Below are positions 26,006 through 35,534 of a stretch of DNA of 64,000 nucleotides, one piece after another; position 1 is the first letter of the stretch, and the number at the start of each line of letters is the position of its first letter. Made by a program: the position numbers and the translations under genes. The stretch is from Chitinophagaceae bacterium (lineage in GTDB: Bacteria > Bacteroidota > Bacteroidia > Chitinophagales > Chitinophagaceae): positions 2,712 to 66,711 of the forward strand of contig JBMSNP010000006.1 in the NCBI GenBank assembly GCA_049421765.1. Direction: 5' to 3'. Under the pieces are notes generated by a model. The model ran no database searches. It saw only the letters and a program-made list of their open reading frames with translations, and had not been told where the DNA came from.

Positions 26006-26856
26006 TACATATTGTTTTCAATGAATCCGAAACATCACTGATGAGGAAAGTGATCGAGCTGGATGAATCGCTGGCGGGGGATGTGATGCAGATCAGGGAT
26101 GATTTTGCAGTAGGACCCCTGGCCGCCCTGGATACCGAGGAGGGCTGGCAGGCCCGGGTGGAATGGTGGCGGCAACTGGCAGCCGGTTCACCTCACGGAG
26201 AATCACTGGCCGGTTCTTTTGATGACCGGGAAACGGTAAGGCAGCTGAAAAGCAGGATGGATGAAAACCCGGGCGAAGAGCTTTGGATCTGGATGGGACA
26301 AAACCAGCATGATGTGACCGGGTATTACTGGCTGATGCCCCAGTTACGGGCCTACCAGGGCCGGGTAATGGTGCTATACCTGAACAACCTCCCATTCATC
26401 AACGAAAAAGGGCAACTGTTTTATCCCACCTGGCTCCATGAGATCCAACCCCGGGAATTTGTAAAAGCCAAGAAACTGGCAAGGCCTATTACACTCAGTG
26501 AATTTGAAATTGACCCTGATGAATGGAAGCGGCTGGTTGAGGAAAATTCACCAGTACGGATACTGGAAGGGGGAAAAAAGATTGTTGGTAAGGAAGAGCA
26601 GTTTTTCGACGGGGAGATCCTGAAAAACATCACCGGCGAATGGCAAAAAGCAACCCGGGTACTGACCAATACCCTGCACCGGATGAAGATCAAAACAGGG
26701 GATCTTTATATCATGTGGCGGATCAGGCAGCTGGTGGCGGAAGAAAAAGTGATGGTGATGGGAGATATCGGGAAAGGCTGGAAGGAATTTGACCTGAAAA
26801 AGCCGGAGGGCAAACAGGGGGAAATTGCATTTGAAAAAGCGGAAGATCGTTACTGA
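26002..26856 (+). CDS. DUF1835-like protein (with DUF3658-like C-terminal half)
   Basis: 284 aa. The N-terminus MIHIVFNESETSLMRKVIELDESLAGDVMQIRDDFAVGPL matches my recollection of DUF1835 proteins. Function unknown. Confidence 0.6.
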   Translation: MIHIVFNESETSLMRKVIELDESLAGDVMQIRDDFAVGPLAALDTEEGWQARVEWWRQLAAGSPHGESLAGSFDDRETVRQLKSRMDENPGEELWIWMGQNQHDVTGYYWLMPQLRAYQGRVMVLYLNNLPFINEKGQLFYPTWLHEIQPREFVKAKKLARPITLSEFEIDPDEWKRLVEENSPVRILEGGKKIVGKEEQFFDGEILKNITGEWQKATRVLTNTLHRMKIKTGDLYIMWRIRQLVAEEKVMVMGDIGKGWKEFDLKKPEGKQGEIAFEKAEDRY

Positions 26857-26857
26857 A

Positions 26858-27211
26858 ATGAAAAACATCCTCAAGCTTGAAGAAGTAGCCCTGTTGGGTC
26901 TTACCCTATACGGGTTGTATGTACAGGAGGTAAACTGGTGGTGGTATCTTTTACTGCTTTTTGGCCCGGATATCAGCATGCTGGGTTACCTGGCGGGAAA
27001 CCGGGCCGGTGCGGTTTCCTATAACATCTTTCACCACAAGGGACTGGCCGTATTTGTTTTTATGACCGGTTTGATCATGACCGAACCGGTGACACAGCTG
27101 ATCGGCCTGGTTTTGTTCGGGCACTCTTCCTTCGACCGTATTTTCGGGTACGGGCTAAAGACCCGAGAAGGATTTAAATACACACATTTAGGGATTATCG
27201 GAAAGAAGTAA
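26858..27211 (+). CDS. DUF4260-like small integral membrane protein
   Basis: ORF-track start 26825 trimmed to ATG 26858, 1 nt after the previous stop. 117 aa with 3-4 hydrophobic helices (LLGLTLYGLY, WWWYLLLLFGPD, GLAVFVFMTGLIM, LIGLVLFGH). Confidence 0.6.
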   Translation: MKNILKLEEVALLGLTLYGLYVQEVNWWWYLLLLFGPDISMLGYLAGNRAGAVSYNIFHHKGLAVFVFMTGLIMTEPVTQLIGLVLFGHSSFDRIFGYGLKTREGFKYTHLGIIGKK

Positions 27212-27214
27212 AAC

Positions 27215-29731
27215 ATGAGCGCGGCGAAAAACAAGAATACGGAAATACAGAATAATGTAAGCGGGTTACACGGACAATACCGGACCTGGTTCCTCGATTA
27301 TGCTTCTTATGTGATCCTCGAGCGGGCCGTTCCTGCCGTGGAAGACGGGTTGAAGCCCGTACAGCGGAGGATCCTCCATGCCATGAAGGAAATGGATGAC
27401 GGCCGCTTCAACAAAGTGGCCAATATCATCGGGCAGGCCATGCAATACCATCCGCATGGCGATGCATCGATCGGGGATGCACTGGTGAATATGGGACAAA
27501 AGGACCTCTTGATCGACACCCAGGGTAACTGGGGGGATGTCCGGACTGGGGATGAGGCGGCCGCGGCTCGATATATTGAGGCGCGGCTCAGCAAGTTCGC
27601 CCTGGAAGTGGCGTTCAATCCCAAAACAACAGATTGGCAGCTAAGCTACGACGGCCGCAAGAATGAGCCGGTAACCCTGCCCATGAAGTTTCCTTTATTG
27701 CTGGCCCAGGGGGCCGACGGGATCGCCGTGGGATTATCCACAAAGATCCTCCCGCATAATTTCTGCGAACTGATAGAGGCTGCTGTTAAATACCTGCGTG
27801 GAAAACGATTTGAGCTCTTCCCTGATTTCCTGACAGGCGGGATGATCGACGTGGCTGATTACAACCAGGGCAAACGGGGCGGGAAAGTGAAAGTTCGCGC
27901 GCATATAGAAGAACTGGATAAGAAGACCCTGGTGATCCGCAGCGTGCCTTACGGGGTCACGACCACCCAGTTGATGGAGTCCATCGTTAAGGCCAATGAC
28001 CAGGGCAAGATCAAAATCAAAAAAGTTACGGATAACACGGCTGCCGAAGTTGAGATACAGGTCGATCTTGCCCCCGGCATATCACCTGATATCACGATCG
28101 ATGCCCTGTACAAATTCACCGATTGCGAGACCTCCATATCGCCCAACGCCTGCGTGATCGTGGAGCAAAAACCCCAGTTCCTGGGCGTGGCCGATCTGCT
28201 CAAGTTGTCGGTCGACCGGACCCAGGGTCTGCTTGAAAAGGAACTCAGGATCCGTCTTGCCGAGTTGCAGGAAAAATGGCATTACACTTCACTCGAAAAG
28301 ATCTTTTTCGAAGAGAAGATCTATAAGGAACTGGAAAAAAAGCATGAGACCTGGGACAAGGTGCTGGAAGCGATCGGCAAGGCGTTTACCCCGTTCAGGA
28401 AACAATTGCGCCGCGACATCACCCGGGAGGATATCATCAAGCTGACTGAAAAACCCGTCCGACGGATATATAAGCTCGATATCGATGAACTGAATGAGCA
28501 GATCCGGGGATTGGAGGCCGAGATCAAGCAGGTGAAACATGACCTGGCCCACCTCGTGGATTTCACAGTGGCCTATTTCGAGAACCTGCTGAAAAAATAC
28601 GGAAAAGGAAGGGAGCGGAAAACCGAGATCCGGCAATTCGAGGTCATCGAAGCCAAAAGCGTGGCCATTGCCAATACAAAACTCTATGTGAATCGGGAAG
28701 AAGGATTTATCGGCACCGGTCTCAAAAAGGATGAGTTCCTTTTTGACTGCTCAGACTTCGATGATATCATCGTATTTGCCAAGCGGGGGATCATGAAAGT
28801 GGTGAAAGTGGCCGACAAAACGTTTATCGGGAAAGACATCCTGCATGCAGCTGTTTTCCAGAAAAATGATGAGCGTACCACCTACAACATGATCTACATG
28901 GATGGGGAAAGCCAGAAGAGCTTTGCCAAACGATTCAACGTGACCGGCGTTACCCGCGACAAGGAATATGATCTTACCAAAGGCCATGATAAAAGCAAAG
29001 TGCATTACCTGAGTGTAAATCCCAACGGGGAGGCCGAACTGGTGAAGATCACGCTCACCCCCGGTTGTTCCGCACACAAAAAAGAACTCGAATTCAATTT
29101 TGCGGAATTGGAGATCAAAGGCCGTTCCAGCATGGGGAATACCGTCACCAAGTACCCCGTTAAGTCTGTGAAGCTGAAAGAGGCCGGGGTGTCCACACTG
29201 GCGGGAAAAAAATTATGGTACGACGACCAGTTTGGCCGCCTCAATACCGATGAAAAGGGACAGTTTATCGGAACTTTTGACGCGGATGACAGGATCCTCG
29301 TCCTGTACAGCGACGGAAATTATGAGGTCACGGACCAGGAGCTTACACAAAAGCTGGATTCGGAAAAAGTGATCTTTATCGAAAAATTCAATCCAGACAG
29401 GATCATTACGGCCGTATATGCCGATTTGAAGTCGAAACAGTTTATGGTGAAAAGGTTCCGGATCGAGACCACTACTTTAAAGAATAAATTCATGTTCATC
29501 AAGGAAGGGGAAGGGAATTATGTGGAAACTGTAACTACCCAGGAAGAACCGGTGCTTGCCATGCAACAGGGCAGGGGTGCACAGGTACGGAAAGGGAAAC
29601 TGAAAATCGCGAAGATCGCCGAATTGACGAATTATAAAACGGTTGGTACTAAACTTGCCGATTACAGTAAGTCCACGGAGATGGAGTGGGTGGTTTCTCG
29701 CGACAGTAACCAGGCCGAACTTTTTTCATAA
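27215..29731 (+). CDS. parC: DNA topoisomerase IV subunit A
   Basis: 838 aa. ...ILERAVPAVEDGLKPVQRRILHAM..., YHPHGD, catalytic Tyr context AAARYIEARLS. Starts 3 nt after the previous stop. Confidence 0.9.
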   Translation: MSAAKNKNTEIQNNVSGLHGQYRTWFLDYASYVILERAVPAVEDGLKPVQRRILHAMKEMDDGRFNKVANIIGQAMQYHPHGDASIGDALVNMGQKDLLIDTQGNWGDVRTGDEAAAARYIEARLSKFALEVAFNPKTTDWQLSYDGRKNEPVTLPMKFPLLLAQGADGIAVGLSTKILPHNFCELIEAAVKYLRGKRFELFPDFLTGGMIDVADYNQGKRGGKVKVRAHIEELDKKTLVIRSVPYGVTTTQLMESIVKANDQGKIKIKKVTDNTAAEVEIQVDLAPGISPDITIDALYKFTDCETSISPNACVIVEQKPQFLGVADLLKLSVDRTQGLLEKELRIRLAELQEKWHYTSLEKIFFEEKIYKELEKKHETWDKVLEAIGKAFTPFRKQLRRDITREDIIKLTEKPVRRIYKLDIDELNEQIRGLEAEIKQVKHDLAHLVDFTVAYFENLLKKYGKGRERKTEIRQFEVIEAKSVAIANTKLYVNREEGFIGTGLKKDEFLFDCSDFDDIIVFAKRGIMKVVKVADKTFIGKDILHAAVFQKNDERTTYNMIYMDGESQKSFAKRFNVTGVTRDKEYDLTKGHDKSKVHYLSVNPNGEAELVKITLTPGCSAHKKELEFNFAELEIKGRSSMGNTVTKYPVKSVKLKEAGVSTLAGKKLWYDDQFGRLNTDEKGQFIGTFDADDRILVLYSDGNYEVTDQELTQKLDSEKVIFIEKFNPDRIITAVYADLKSKQFMVKRFRIETTTLKNKFMFIKEGEGNYVETVTTQEEPVLAMQQGRGAQVRKGKLKIAKIAELTNYKTVGTKLADYSKSTEMEWVVSRDSNQAELFS

Positions 29732-29808
29732 AGGCGCCACACTCCTAAACCAACAATCAGGACACATTAATCAATCCTCGTGACCGTTCTTTTCGGTGCG
29801 GCGGCTGC

Positions 29809-30018
29809 TTGGCAAGTTTGCTTTTTTTAAAAGGACGGGTCACGGCACTTCCGGGGAATATCATTACAGGCATTTTAGGCAGTTTTGTCGGCAGCTGGCT
29901 GTTTCGGGAACTCAAAATCAGTATCGGTATCGGCCCGCTTGTAAATGCCAATTTCACTGGTGCGTTCGGTGTATTCCTGATGCTTTTCCTTTTCAGTTTA
30001 TTTAGCGTTCGAAAATAG
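29809..30018 (+). CDS. GlsB/YeaQ/YmgE (transglycosylase-associated) family membrane protein, possibly 5'-disrupted
   Basis: GNIITGILGSFVGSWLF...GAFGVFLMLFLF is typical of the family. The only in-frame start is TTG 29809, and the expected first TM helix (VTVLFGAAAAW) is in another frame starting at GTG 29780. Confidence 0.55.
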   Translation: MASLLFLKGRVTALPGNIITGILGSFVGSWLFRELKISIGIGPLVNANFTGAFGVFLMLFLFSLFSVRK

Positions 30019-30023
30019 AGCCG

Positions 30024-30944
30024 TTATCTTTTTCGTCTGATCCGGATGGTGGCTGTTTTTTCGAGATTGCTCGACATCCGAAGTTCGTGTTTGTCTTTCC
30101 CATCCCGGATCTGCATCAGGGCTGTGTTTGGCGGGATCAGCCCGAGGTTTTCGGCGAACATTGAAATGTCATTGTATTCGGCTTCCTTATCCAGCGGGAG
30201 GCTGATCTGAATCGATTTATGAGTCAGTTTCTGGTTCGAAAGGATCAGTACCCGGTTGAAGAACAGGGAGATGATGTCTCCGTCCACTTCCCCGTTATCA
30301 TATAACGACACCTGGATGGTATCAGAGTCAACCTCAATCTCCCGGACAACGATATTTTCCCGCTCTGTAAATTCTTTTTCCGTTACATAATTGATGACTT
30401 TGCGGGGGATGACACTTGCCGCTACGGCAGTATCCGTGGCCGTGGGTTTCCAGACCTGGTATGTTTCCTTGTATTCGCTGATGGCTTTCAGGACGGAATC
30501 TTTTTTACTGATATCCGAATTCAGGTTGAGATTGAACCGCACTTCGGGGCAGGTATATCGGTAATCGGGGAGGGCCCGGAAAGCGCCCGAAAGGAAGGAG
30601 CCGACCTGCGAAACACGGAGGGTGGCCTGCATGGTCGTCATGCAATCCACTTCAAATCCCGAGATCGATGCATGATAGACCAGCGGCACATCGTACAGGC
30701 TGAGCAGCCGGGTAGAAGGGTTGTAATTGCCTTTAACTTTCAGGCTCCGGTAGGTGTCGCGGAAATAATAATTAAGCACACCCGAAACATAACCCCGCTC
30801 CGGCTGGAGAATAAGCTCCACGAGATAATTGTTGGCCGAACTGTTGGTTTTTACATTTGCATTTCCATACCAGTAACCAAAAACAGACTGGGAGCGGCCG
30901 GCAAGTGAAACCAGCATGAACAGTATCAGCAACCCTTTTTTCAT
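30024..30944 (-). CDS. Secreted hypothetical protein
   Basis: 306 aa with signal MKKGLLILFMLVSLAGRSQS. No recognisable catalytic motif. Confidence 0.6.
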   Translation of the reverse strand: MKKGLLILFMLVSLAGRSQSVFGYWYGNANVKTNSSANNYLVELILQPERGYVSGVLNYYFRDTYRSLKVKGNYNPSTRLLSLYDVPLVYHASISGFEVDCMTTMQATLRVSQVGSFLSGAFRALPDYRYTCPEVRFNLNLNSDISKKDSVLKAISEYKETYQVWKPTATDTAVAASVIPRKVINYVTEKEFTERENIVVREIEVDSDTIQVSLYDNGEVDGDIISLFFNRVLILSNQKLTHKSIQISLPLDKEAEYNDISMFAENLGLIPPNTALMQIRDGKDKHELRMSSNLEKTATIRIRRKR

Positions 30945-30991
30945 GTACGCGTTAAAGTGTCAAAAATCATACCTGCGGAAAACCAGGCGAA

Positions 30992-31429
30992 TTATTTAAG
31001 GTAGCGTTTCATTTCCCGTTCCACATCCCGCTGTTTGATCGTTTCCCTTTTGTCAAACATCTTCTTGCCCCGGCCCAGCCCGATCTCGATCTTGGCGCGG
31101 TTTTTCTCGCTGAAAAATATCCGCAGGGGCACCAGCGTGTATCCTTTCTCCTTCAGCTTCGCTTCGATCTTCCGGATCTCTCTTTTTTGGAGAAGCAGTT
31201 TTCGGTCGCGAAGTGGATCATGGTTATTCACCGTGCCGTGGGAGTATTCCGCAATGTGTAGGGATTTGAGCCATACTTCCCCTTTGTGTATGATACAGTA
31301 GCTGTCGTTAAAACTGGCTTTCCCGTCGCGCAGGGATTTGACCTCGGTACCCAGCAGTACCAGGCCCGCTTCATACCGGGTGTCGATGAAATATTCGTGA
31401 AAGGCCTGCCTGTTCTTTAATTCGAGCAT
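30992..31429 (-). CDS. smpB: SsrA-binding protein
   Basis: 145 aa. ...NRQAFHEYFI...EAGLVLLGTEVKSLR...LLLQKREI... and a basic C-terminal tail. Confidence 0.95.
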   Translation of the reverse strand: MLELKNRQAFHEYFIDTRYEAGLVLLGTEVKSLRDGKASFNDSYCIIHKGEVWLKSLHIAEYSHGTVNNHDPLRDRKLLLQKREIRKIEAKLKEKGYTLVPLRIFFSEKNRAKIEIGLGRGKKMFDKRETIKQRDVEREMKRYLK

Positions 31430-31443
31430 GGATGAAATAAAAT

Positions 31444-31463
31444 AAGAGGCAAAAGTACCTCTT
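31444..31463 (-). terminator. Intrinsic terminator after accD
   Basis: On the minus strand AAGAGG-(8 nt)-CCTCTT followed by ATTTTATTT. Begins 24 nt after the accD stop. Confidence 0.6.
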
Positions 31464-31486
31464 TAAGGATGAAACGGGCCAGCCGG

Positions 31487-32401
31487 TCAGCCTGCGAACA
31501 AAGACAGCAGCGTGCTGATCTTGTCCTTCAGCTCTTTCCGGGGTACAATAAAGTCAAGGAATCCGTGTTCCAGGATGAATTCACTGCGCTGGAATCCCTC
31601 CGGCAGGTCTTTCTTAATGGTTTCCTTGATCACCCGGGGTCCGGCAAACCCGATCAGGGCTCCGGGTTCCGCGATATTGAGGTCTCCCAGCATGCCAAAT
31701 GAGGCCGAAATGCCGCCAAAAGTCGGGTCTGTAAGAAGAGATATATACGGGAGTTTGGCATCGCTTAACTGGGATAATTTGCCGCTGGTCTTGGCCAGCT
31801 GCATCAGCGAGAATGCGCTTTCCATCATCCGCGCCCCGCCGCTCTTGCTGATCACCATATAGGGCACCCGGTGTTCCAGGCAATAATCCACTGCGCGGGA
31901 AAATTTTTCACCCATTACACTGCCCAACGATCCGCCGATGAATTCGAAATCCATACAGGAGATCACGATCGGGCGGCCTCCCACCTGGCCGACAGCCACA
32001 CGCATGGAATCCTTCAGGTCGGTCTTACTCCAGATCTCTTCCAGCCTTTTCTTATAGGGTTTCAGGTCGGTAAATTCGAGATAGTCCTTGCTTCGGATAT
32101 TCTGGAAAAGTTCCGTATACTCGTTATTGTCAAAAAGAATTTCGTAGTAGTCAAGGCTTCCGATGCGGTGGTGAAAGCTGCATTTGGGGCAAACAAAAAG
32201 ATTTTCCCTGAGTTCGGTGATGGTACAGATAAAATTGCAGTCGGGACATTTGACCCACAATCCTTCCGGGGTTTCTTTTTTTTCCGAGGTCTTGGTGCTG
32301 ATCCCTTTTTTGATACGCTTGAACCAGCTCGACTTTGTTTCTTCGGACTTGCCTTCTTCCCCGGCCAGGTTGGCGTCAAAATCTTCAAATTGTTTGGCCA
32401 T
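31487..32401 (-). CDS. accD: Acetyl-CoA carboxylase carboxyltransferase beta subunit
   Basis: Zn-ribbon [26 protein letters not shown], then the carboxyltransferase domain (...[13 protein letters not shown]...GGARMMES...). ORF-track TTG 32407 trimmed to ATG 32401. Confidence 0.95.
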   Translation of the reverse strand: MAKQFEDFDANLAGEEGKSEETKSSWFKRIKKGISTKTSEKKETPEGLWVKCPDCNFICTITELRENLFVCPKCSFHHRIGSLDYYEILFDNNEYTELFQNIRSKDYLEFTDLKPYKKRLEEIWSKTDLKDSMRVAVGQVGGRPIVISCMDFEFIGGSLGSVMGEKFSRAVDYCLEHRVPYMVISKSGGARMMESAFSLMQLAKTSGKLSQLSDAKLPYISLLTDPTFGGISASFGMLGDLNIAEPGALIGFAGPRVIKETIKKDLPEGFQRSEFILEHGFLDFIVPRKELKDKISTLLSLFAG

Positions 32402-32532
32402 AACCAATTGTTGAACTACAAATATATAGAGTTTGGGAAATCAGCAGGCAGAACCTGTTTCCACTCGCCCGGAGGGCTGCTTTTTGAATCAAATGAACCA
32501 TCAAACTCCAGCGTCCACCCGGTCTCTCTGTT

Positions 32533-34962
32533 TTACCGACTCCGTTTCAAGACCGTCTCAAACAATTTATAGATTCTCCTATACTCATCCCTCCAGCTGC
32601 TGGGTTCCGTAAACCCATGCTCTTCGAGTGGATAACTCGCCAGTTCCCAGTTTTCTTTCCCGAGTTCGATCAAACGCTGTGTCAGTTTCACCGCGTCCTG
32701 GTAATGCACATTCAAATCCATCATGCCATGACAGATCAGGAGATGTCCTTTCAGTCCTTCCGCAAAATAAAGCGGGGAACTTCTCCGGTAAGCGATGCTG
32801 TCCAGGAATGGTTCGTTCAGGATATTTGAAGTATATCCGTGGTTGTAATTGGCCCAGTCGGTCACCGGCCGAAGTGCGGCTCCTGCAGCAAAAACATCCG
32901 GTTCGGTAAACAGACCCATCAGAGTTAGAAAGCCGCCGTAAGAACCTCCATATAGCCCAATATGATCGGGATTTACCCCGTACTTGCTGACCAGGAATTT
33001 CACTGCATCCACATGATCGCTCAGATCCTTCCCACCCATGTGCCGGTAGATTCCGGTTCGCCAGTCACGTCCATACCCGGCGCTTCCGCGGTAGTCAATA
33101 TCCATCACATAATATCCATTGTCGGCCAGCAGATTGTTAAACATATATTCATGAAAATAACTGCTCCACCATTTATGAGCGTTCTGCACATAACCGGCAC
33201 CATGTATAAAAAAGACAGCGGGCTTTTCGGGATGCGGGTTTGTCGGTTTATAAAGCCGGGCATAAATGGTTGCCCCGTCCCGGGCCTGAATATGTATCAG
33301 TTCCGGATCCCGCCAGGGGTAAGCTTTGAATTCATCACTTTGTGATTTATCGGTGATCCGGACGGCCTGAGCTACTTTTTTCCGCTTCCCAGGCGGTAGG
33401 TTTTCCTGCAGGTAGAGTTCCCAGGGTTTGTTGGAATAGGAGTAAAGAATGGCCATCCATTTTTCATCCGGGGAAAGACTGACCTGGTTGGCGCCGGTCA
33501 TGGTTGTGAGTTGTTCCTTTTCCCCGGTTGCGACAGATAACCGGTAAAAATGTTTTTCACCGGGGTGTACTTCATTCGTGGTAAGGTAGAAATATTTATG
33601 ATCCAGTGAAAGAAAGACCTGTTGCACTTCGTAGTTGCCCGCTGTCAGCGCCTTTTTCTGTCCGCTGCGAACATCCAGGGTATACAGGTGGGAATAGCCT
33701 GTGGTTTCGGAACAAAACCAAAATGTATATTCGTCAATCCATCCCGTATTATTACTTCCAAATCCACCCGTACCCGGACCGCCGATCCAGGCATCATCCC
33801 GTTGCCGGTCCAGTGATCGCCAGCTGCCTGTTGCAGTATCGAGTAACATCAGCCAACGGTCTTTGTTATCGATTGAATGGATATCTGCTACTGCATAAGT
33901 TCCTTCGGGAGACCAGCTGATACCCCGAACCTGTACCATACGGGTTGTCGTTTTTTTCTTTTTCTCATCAGCCAGGACCGGGTAATCTTTCAGGTAATCC
34001 GGTGGATCGCCGATCCCCGGGATGGCATCTGTCTTAAGTGAAAAAATGGTATCCCGCTCACGGTCATAGATAAACGATTCGTACTGACCCTGCTGGGCAC
34101 CCACTTTCGTCCGGGAAGGGATATCTGTAGTAAAACCGGTTTCGGTTACAAAGCTGGGAACAATGGTGGTTCTTGCAGCGCTTGCGGGAGGAGACTTATA
34201 AAGCCGGTAGCTGATGAACCGCCCGTCGGGACTGACGGAAAGTCCTTGTAGTGAACGATCCTCCAGGTTAATGGTCCTGAGTTCTTTCTCCCGGGGCCGG
34301 CTCCGGTTATAGGCATCGGTGGCCTCTTTTTTCTCTTTGCGGGAACGCAGGATCTCAAAATACTGGAGCTGGTCTTTCCGGAGCCAGTCTTCCTGGGGGT
34401 TCCTGCCTTCTCCGGACCGGGGAGACCTGGGGCTCCCTAAAGAACCCGATTCCGCTGACCGCATATTAGTCAGTTGCATCGTTGTTCCGTCTGTTATATC
34501 CCAGGCATAAAGATTCTGATCGCGCTGAAAAACAATCCGGGTATCCCGGAAAGAAAACTGAGGGTTGTTTTCAAAATCATTTGTCTGTGTAATGCGCAGG
34601 GTTTTCCCAGTACGAAGGTCTGTATAATAAATATCCCCTCTCTTATTGTATACAAAGGCCGACCGGGTCCTGTTATATTGATACCTGCCCCGGTTATTCA
34701 ACTCCGCTTTCTCAGCTTCGTTTGCCTTCACCGGGGTATGTGAAACCGGCGTAATAAAATACAAGGAATCATCCGCGGCATTTTCCGGATTCCAGTTAAA
34801 AAACAGCTTGCTGCCATCCGGATTCCAGGTAATCCCTGAAGGGGAACTGCCGATCCATTTCGGATCGCGCATGATCTTGTCAACGGTCAGGATGCCGGTA
34901 GTTTGAGCAAAAAGGGGAAGACTGAGAATTTGCAGCAGCAGACCGAAAATGCCATTTCTCAT
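32533..34962 (-). CDS. S9 family serine peptidase (DPP IV/prolyl oligopeptidase-like, N-terminal beta-propeller)
   Basis: Signal peptide. Nucleophile elbow LYGGSYGGF, ...CHGMMDLNVH... (Asp/His region). ORF-track TTG 34971 trimmed to ATG 34962. Confidence 0.9.
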   Translation of the reverse strand: MRNGIFGLLLQILSLPLFAQTTGILTVDKIMRDPKWIGSSPSGITWNPDGSKLFFNWNPENAADDSLYFITPVSHTPVKANEAEKAELNNRGRYQYNRTRSAFVYNKRGDIYYTDLRTGKTLRITQTNDFENNPQFSFRDTRIVFQRDQNLYAWDITDGTTMQLTNMRSAESGSLGSPRSPRSGEGRNPQEDWLRKDQLQYFEILRSRKEKKEATDAYNRSRPREKELRTINLEDRSLQGLSVSPDGRFISYRLYKSPPASAARTTIVPSFVTETGFTTDIPSRTKVGAQQGQYESFIYDRERDTIFSLKTDAIPGIGDPPDYLKDYPVLADEKKKKTTTRMVQVRGISWSPEGTYAVADIHSIDNKDRWLMLLDTATGSWRSLDRQRDDAWIGGPGTGGFGSNNTGWIDEYTFWFCSETTGYSHLYTLDVRSGQKKALTAGNYEVQQVFLSLDHKYFYLTTNEVHPGEKHFYRLSVATGEKEQLTTMTGANQVSLSPDEKWMAILYSYSNKPWELYLQENLPPGKRKKVAQAVRITDKSQSDEFKAYPWRDPELIHIQARDGATIYARLYKPTNPHPEKPAVFFIHGAGYVQNAHKWWSSYFHEYMFNNLLADNGYYVMDIDYRGSAGYGRDWRTGIYRHMGGKDLSDHVDAVKFLVSKYGVNPDHIGLYGGSYGGFLTLMGLFTEPDVFAAGAALRPVTDWANYNHGYTSNILNEPFLDSIAYRRSSPLYFAEGLKGHLLICHGMMDLNVHYQDAVKLTQRLIELGKENWELASYPLEEHGFTEPSSWRDEYRRIYKLFETVLKRSR

Positions 34963-35037
34963 ACAAGGCAATTTTGGTCAAAAATAGATGTAGAATGGCA
35001 ATAATCTGTGCTCTGTATATTTAAACGGAAAACCAAA

Positions 35038-35406
35038 TCAATTATTCGGGGCTCCGCTGTCGATCCAGCAAATGATCGAGTTCTTTTGCGTCGATGAAAG
35101 AGCACTGCCCTGTGGCATGGAACCTGAAGACACTGCTGAACGGATCCGGGCCCGGGCATTGAAAATCTGGGTATAGTTTGTTAGTGCCCCGGGGCCGTTT
35201 CCGCTTCCGCTGGCATGGCAACCTGCCACTGCGCAGACAGTCTGGATGATCGGGTTCACATCCGCTGCAAAAGCCTTGTTGGTGACCGTACTGCAATCGA
35301 CGTTTGTAGTGCCTCCGCCTCCGCCACCGCCGTTTTCCTTGCTGCAACCGGCCAGGAAAAGGAAAGAAGTGACTAAGCTGAGCGTAACCCGGGTTATATT
35401 TTTCAT
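35038..35406 (-). CDS. Small lipoprotein with cytochrome-c-like (PSCyt1-like) domain carrying C-x4-CH
   Basis: ORF-track start 35445 trimmed to ATG 35406. Lipobox FLFLAGC, poly-Gly linker, ...VNPIIQTVCAVAGCHASGSGNGPGALTNY...GSMPQG...IICWIDSGAPNN. Paralogue of 35535..35915. Confidence 0.7.
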   Translation of the reverse strand: MKNITRVTLSLVTSFLFLAGCSKENGGGGGGGTTNVDCSTVTNKAFAADVNPIIQTVCAVAGCHASGSGNGPGALTNYTQIFNARARIRSAVSSGSMPQGSALSSTQKNSIICWIDSGAPNN

Positions 35407-35534
35407 ATTTGCTGGTTTTTGTATTTGTAAGTTCAAATTAACCAAACGTAATTATTCCCCTGGGGTTGCCTCCCGGATTCCGGAAATGTCAAAACGGTAG
35501 TATTTCCTAAACAGGGGGGCGGTCGGACATATGG

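Noticed and set aside
30945-31486. tmRNA (ssrA) next to smpB.
   Set aside because: The flanking intergenic regions are only ~47 and ~57 nt. That is far too short for a tmRNA, and one of them is occupied by the accD terminator.
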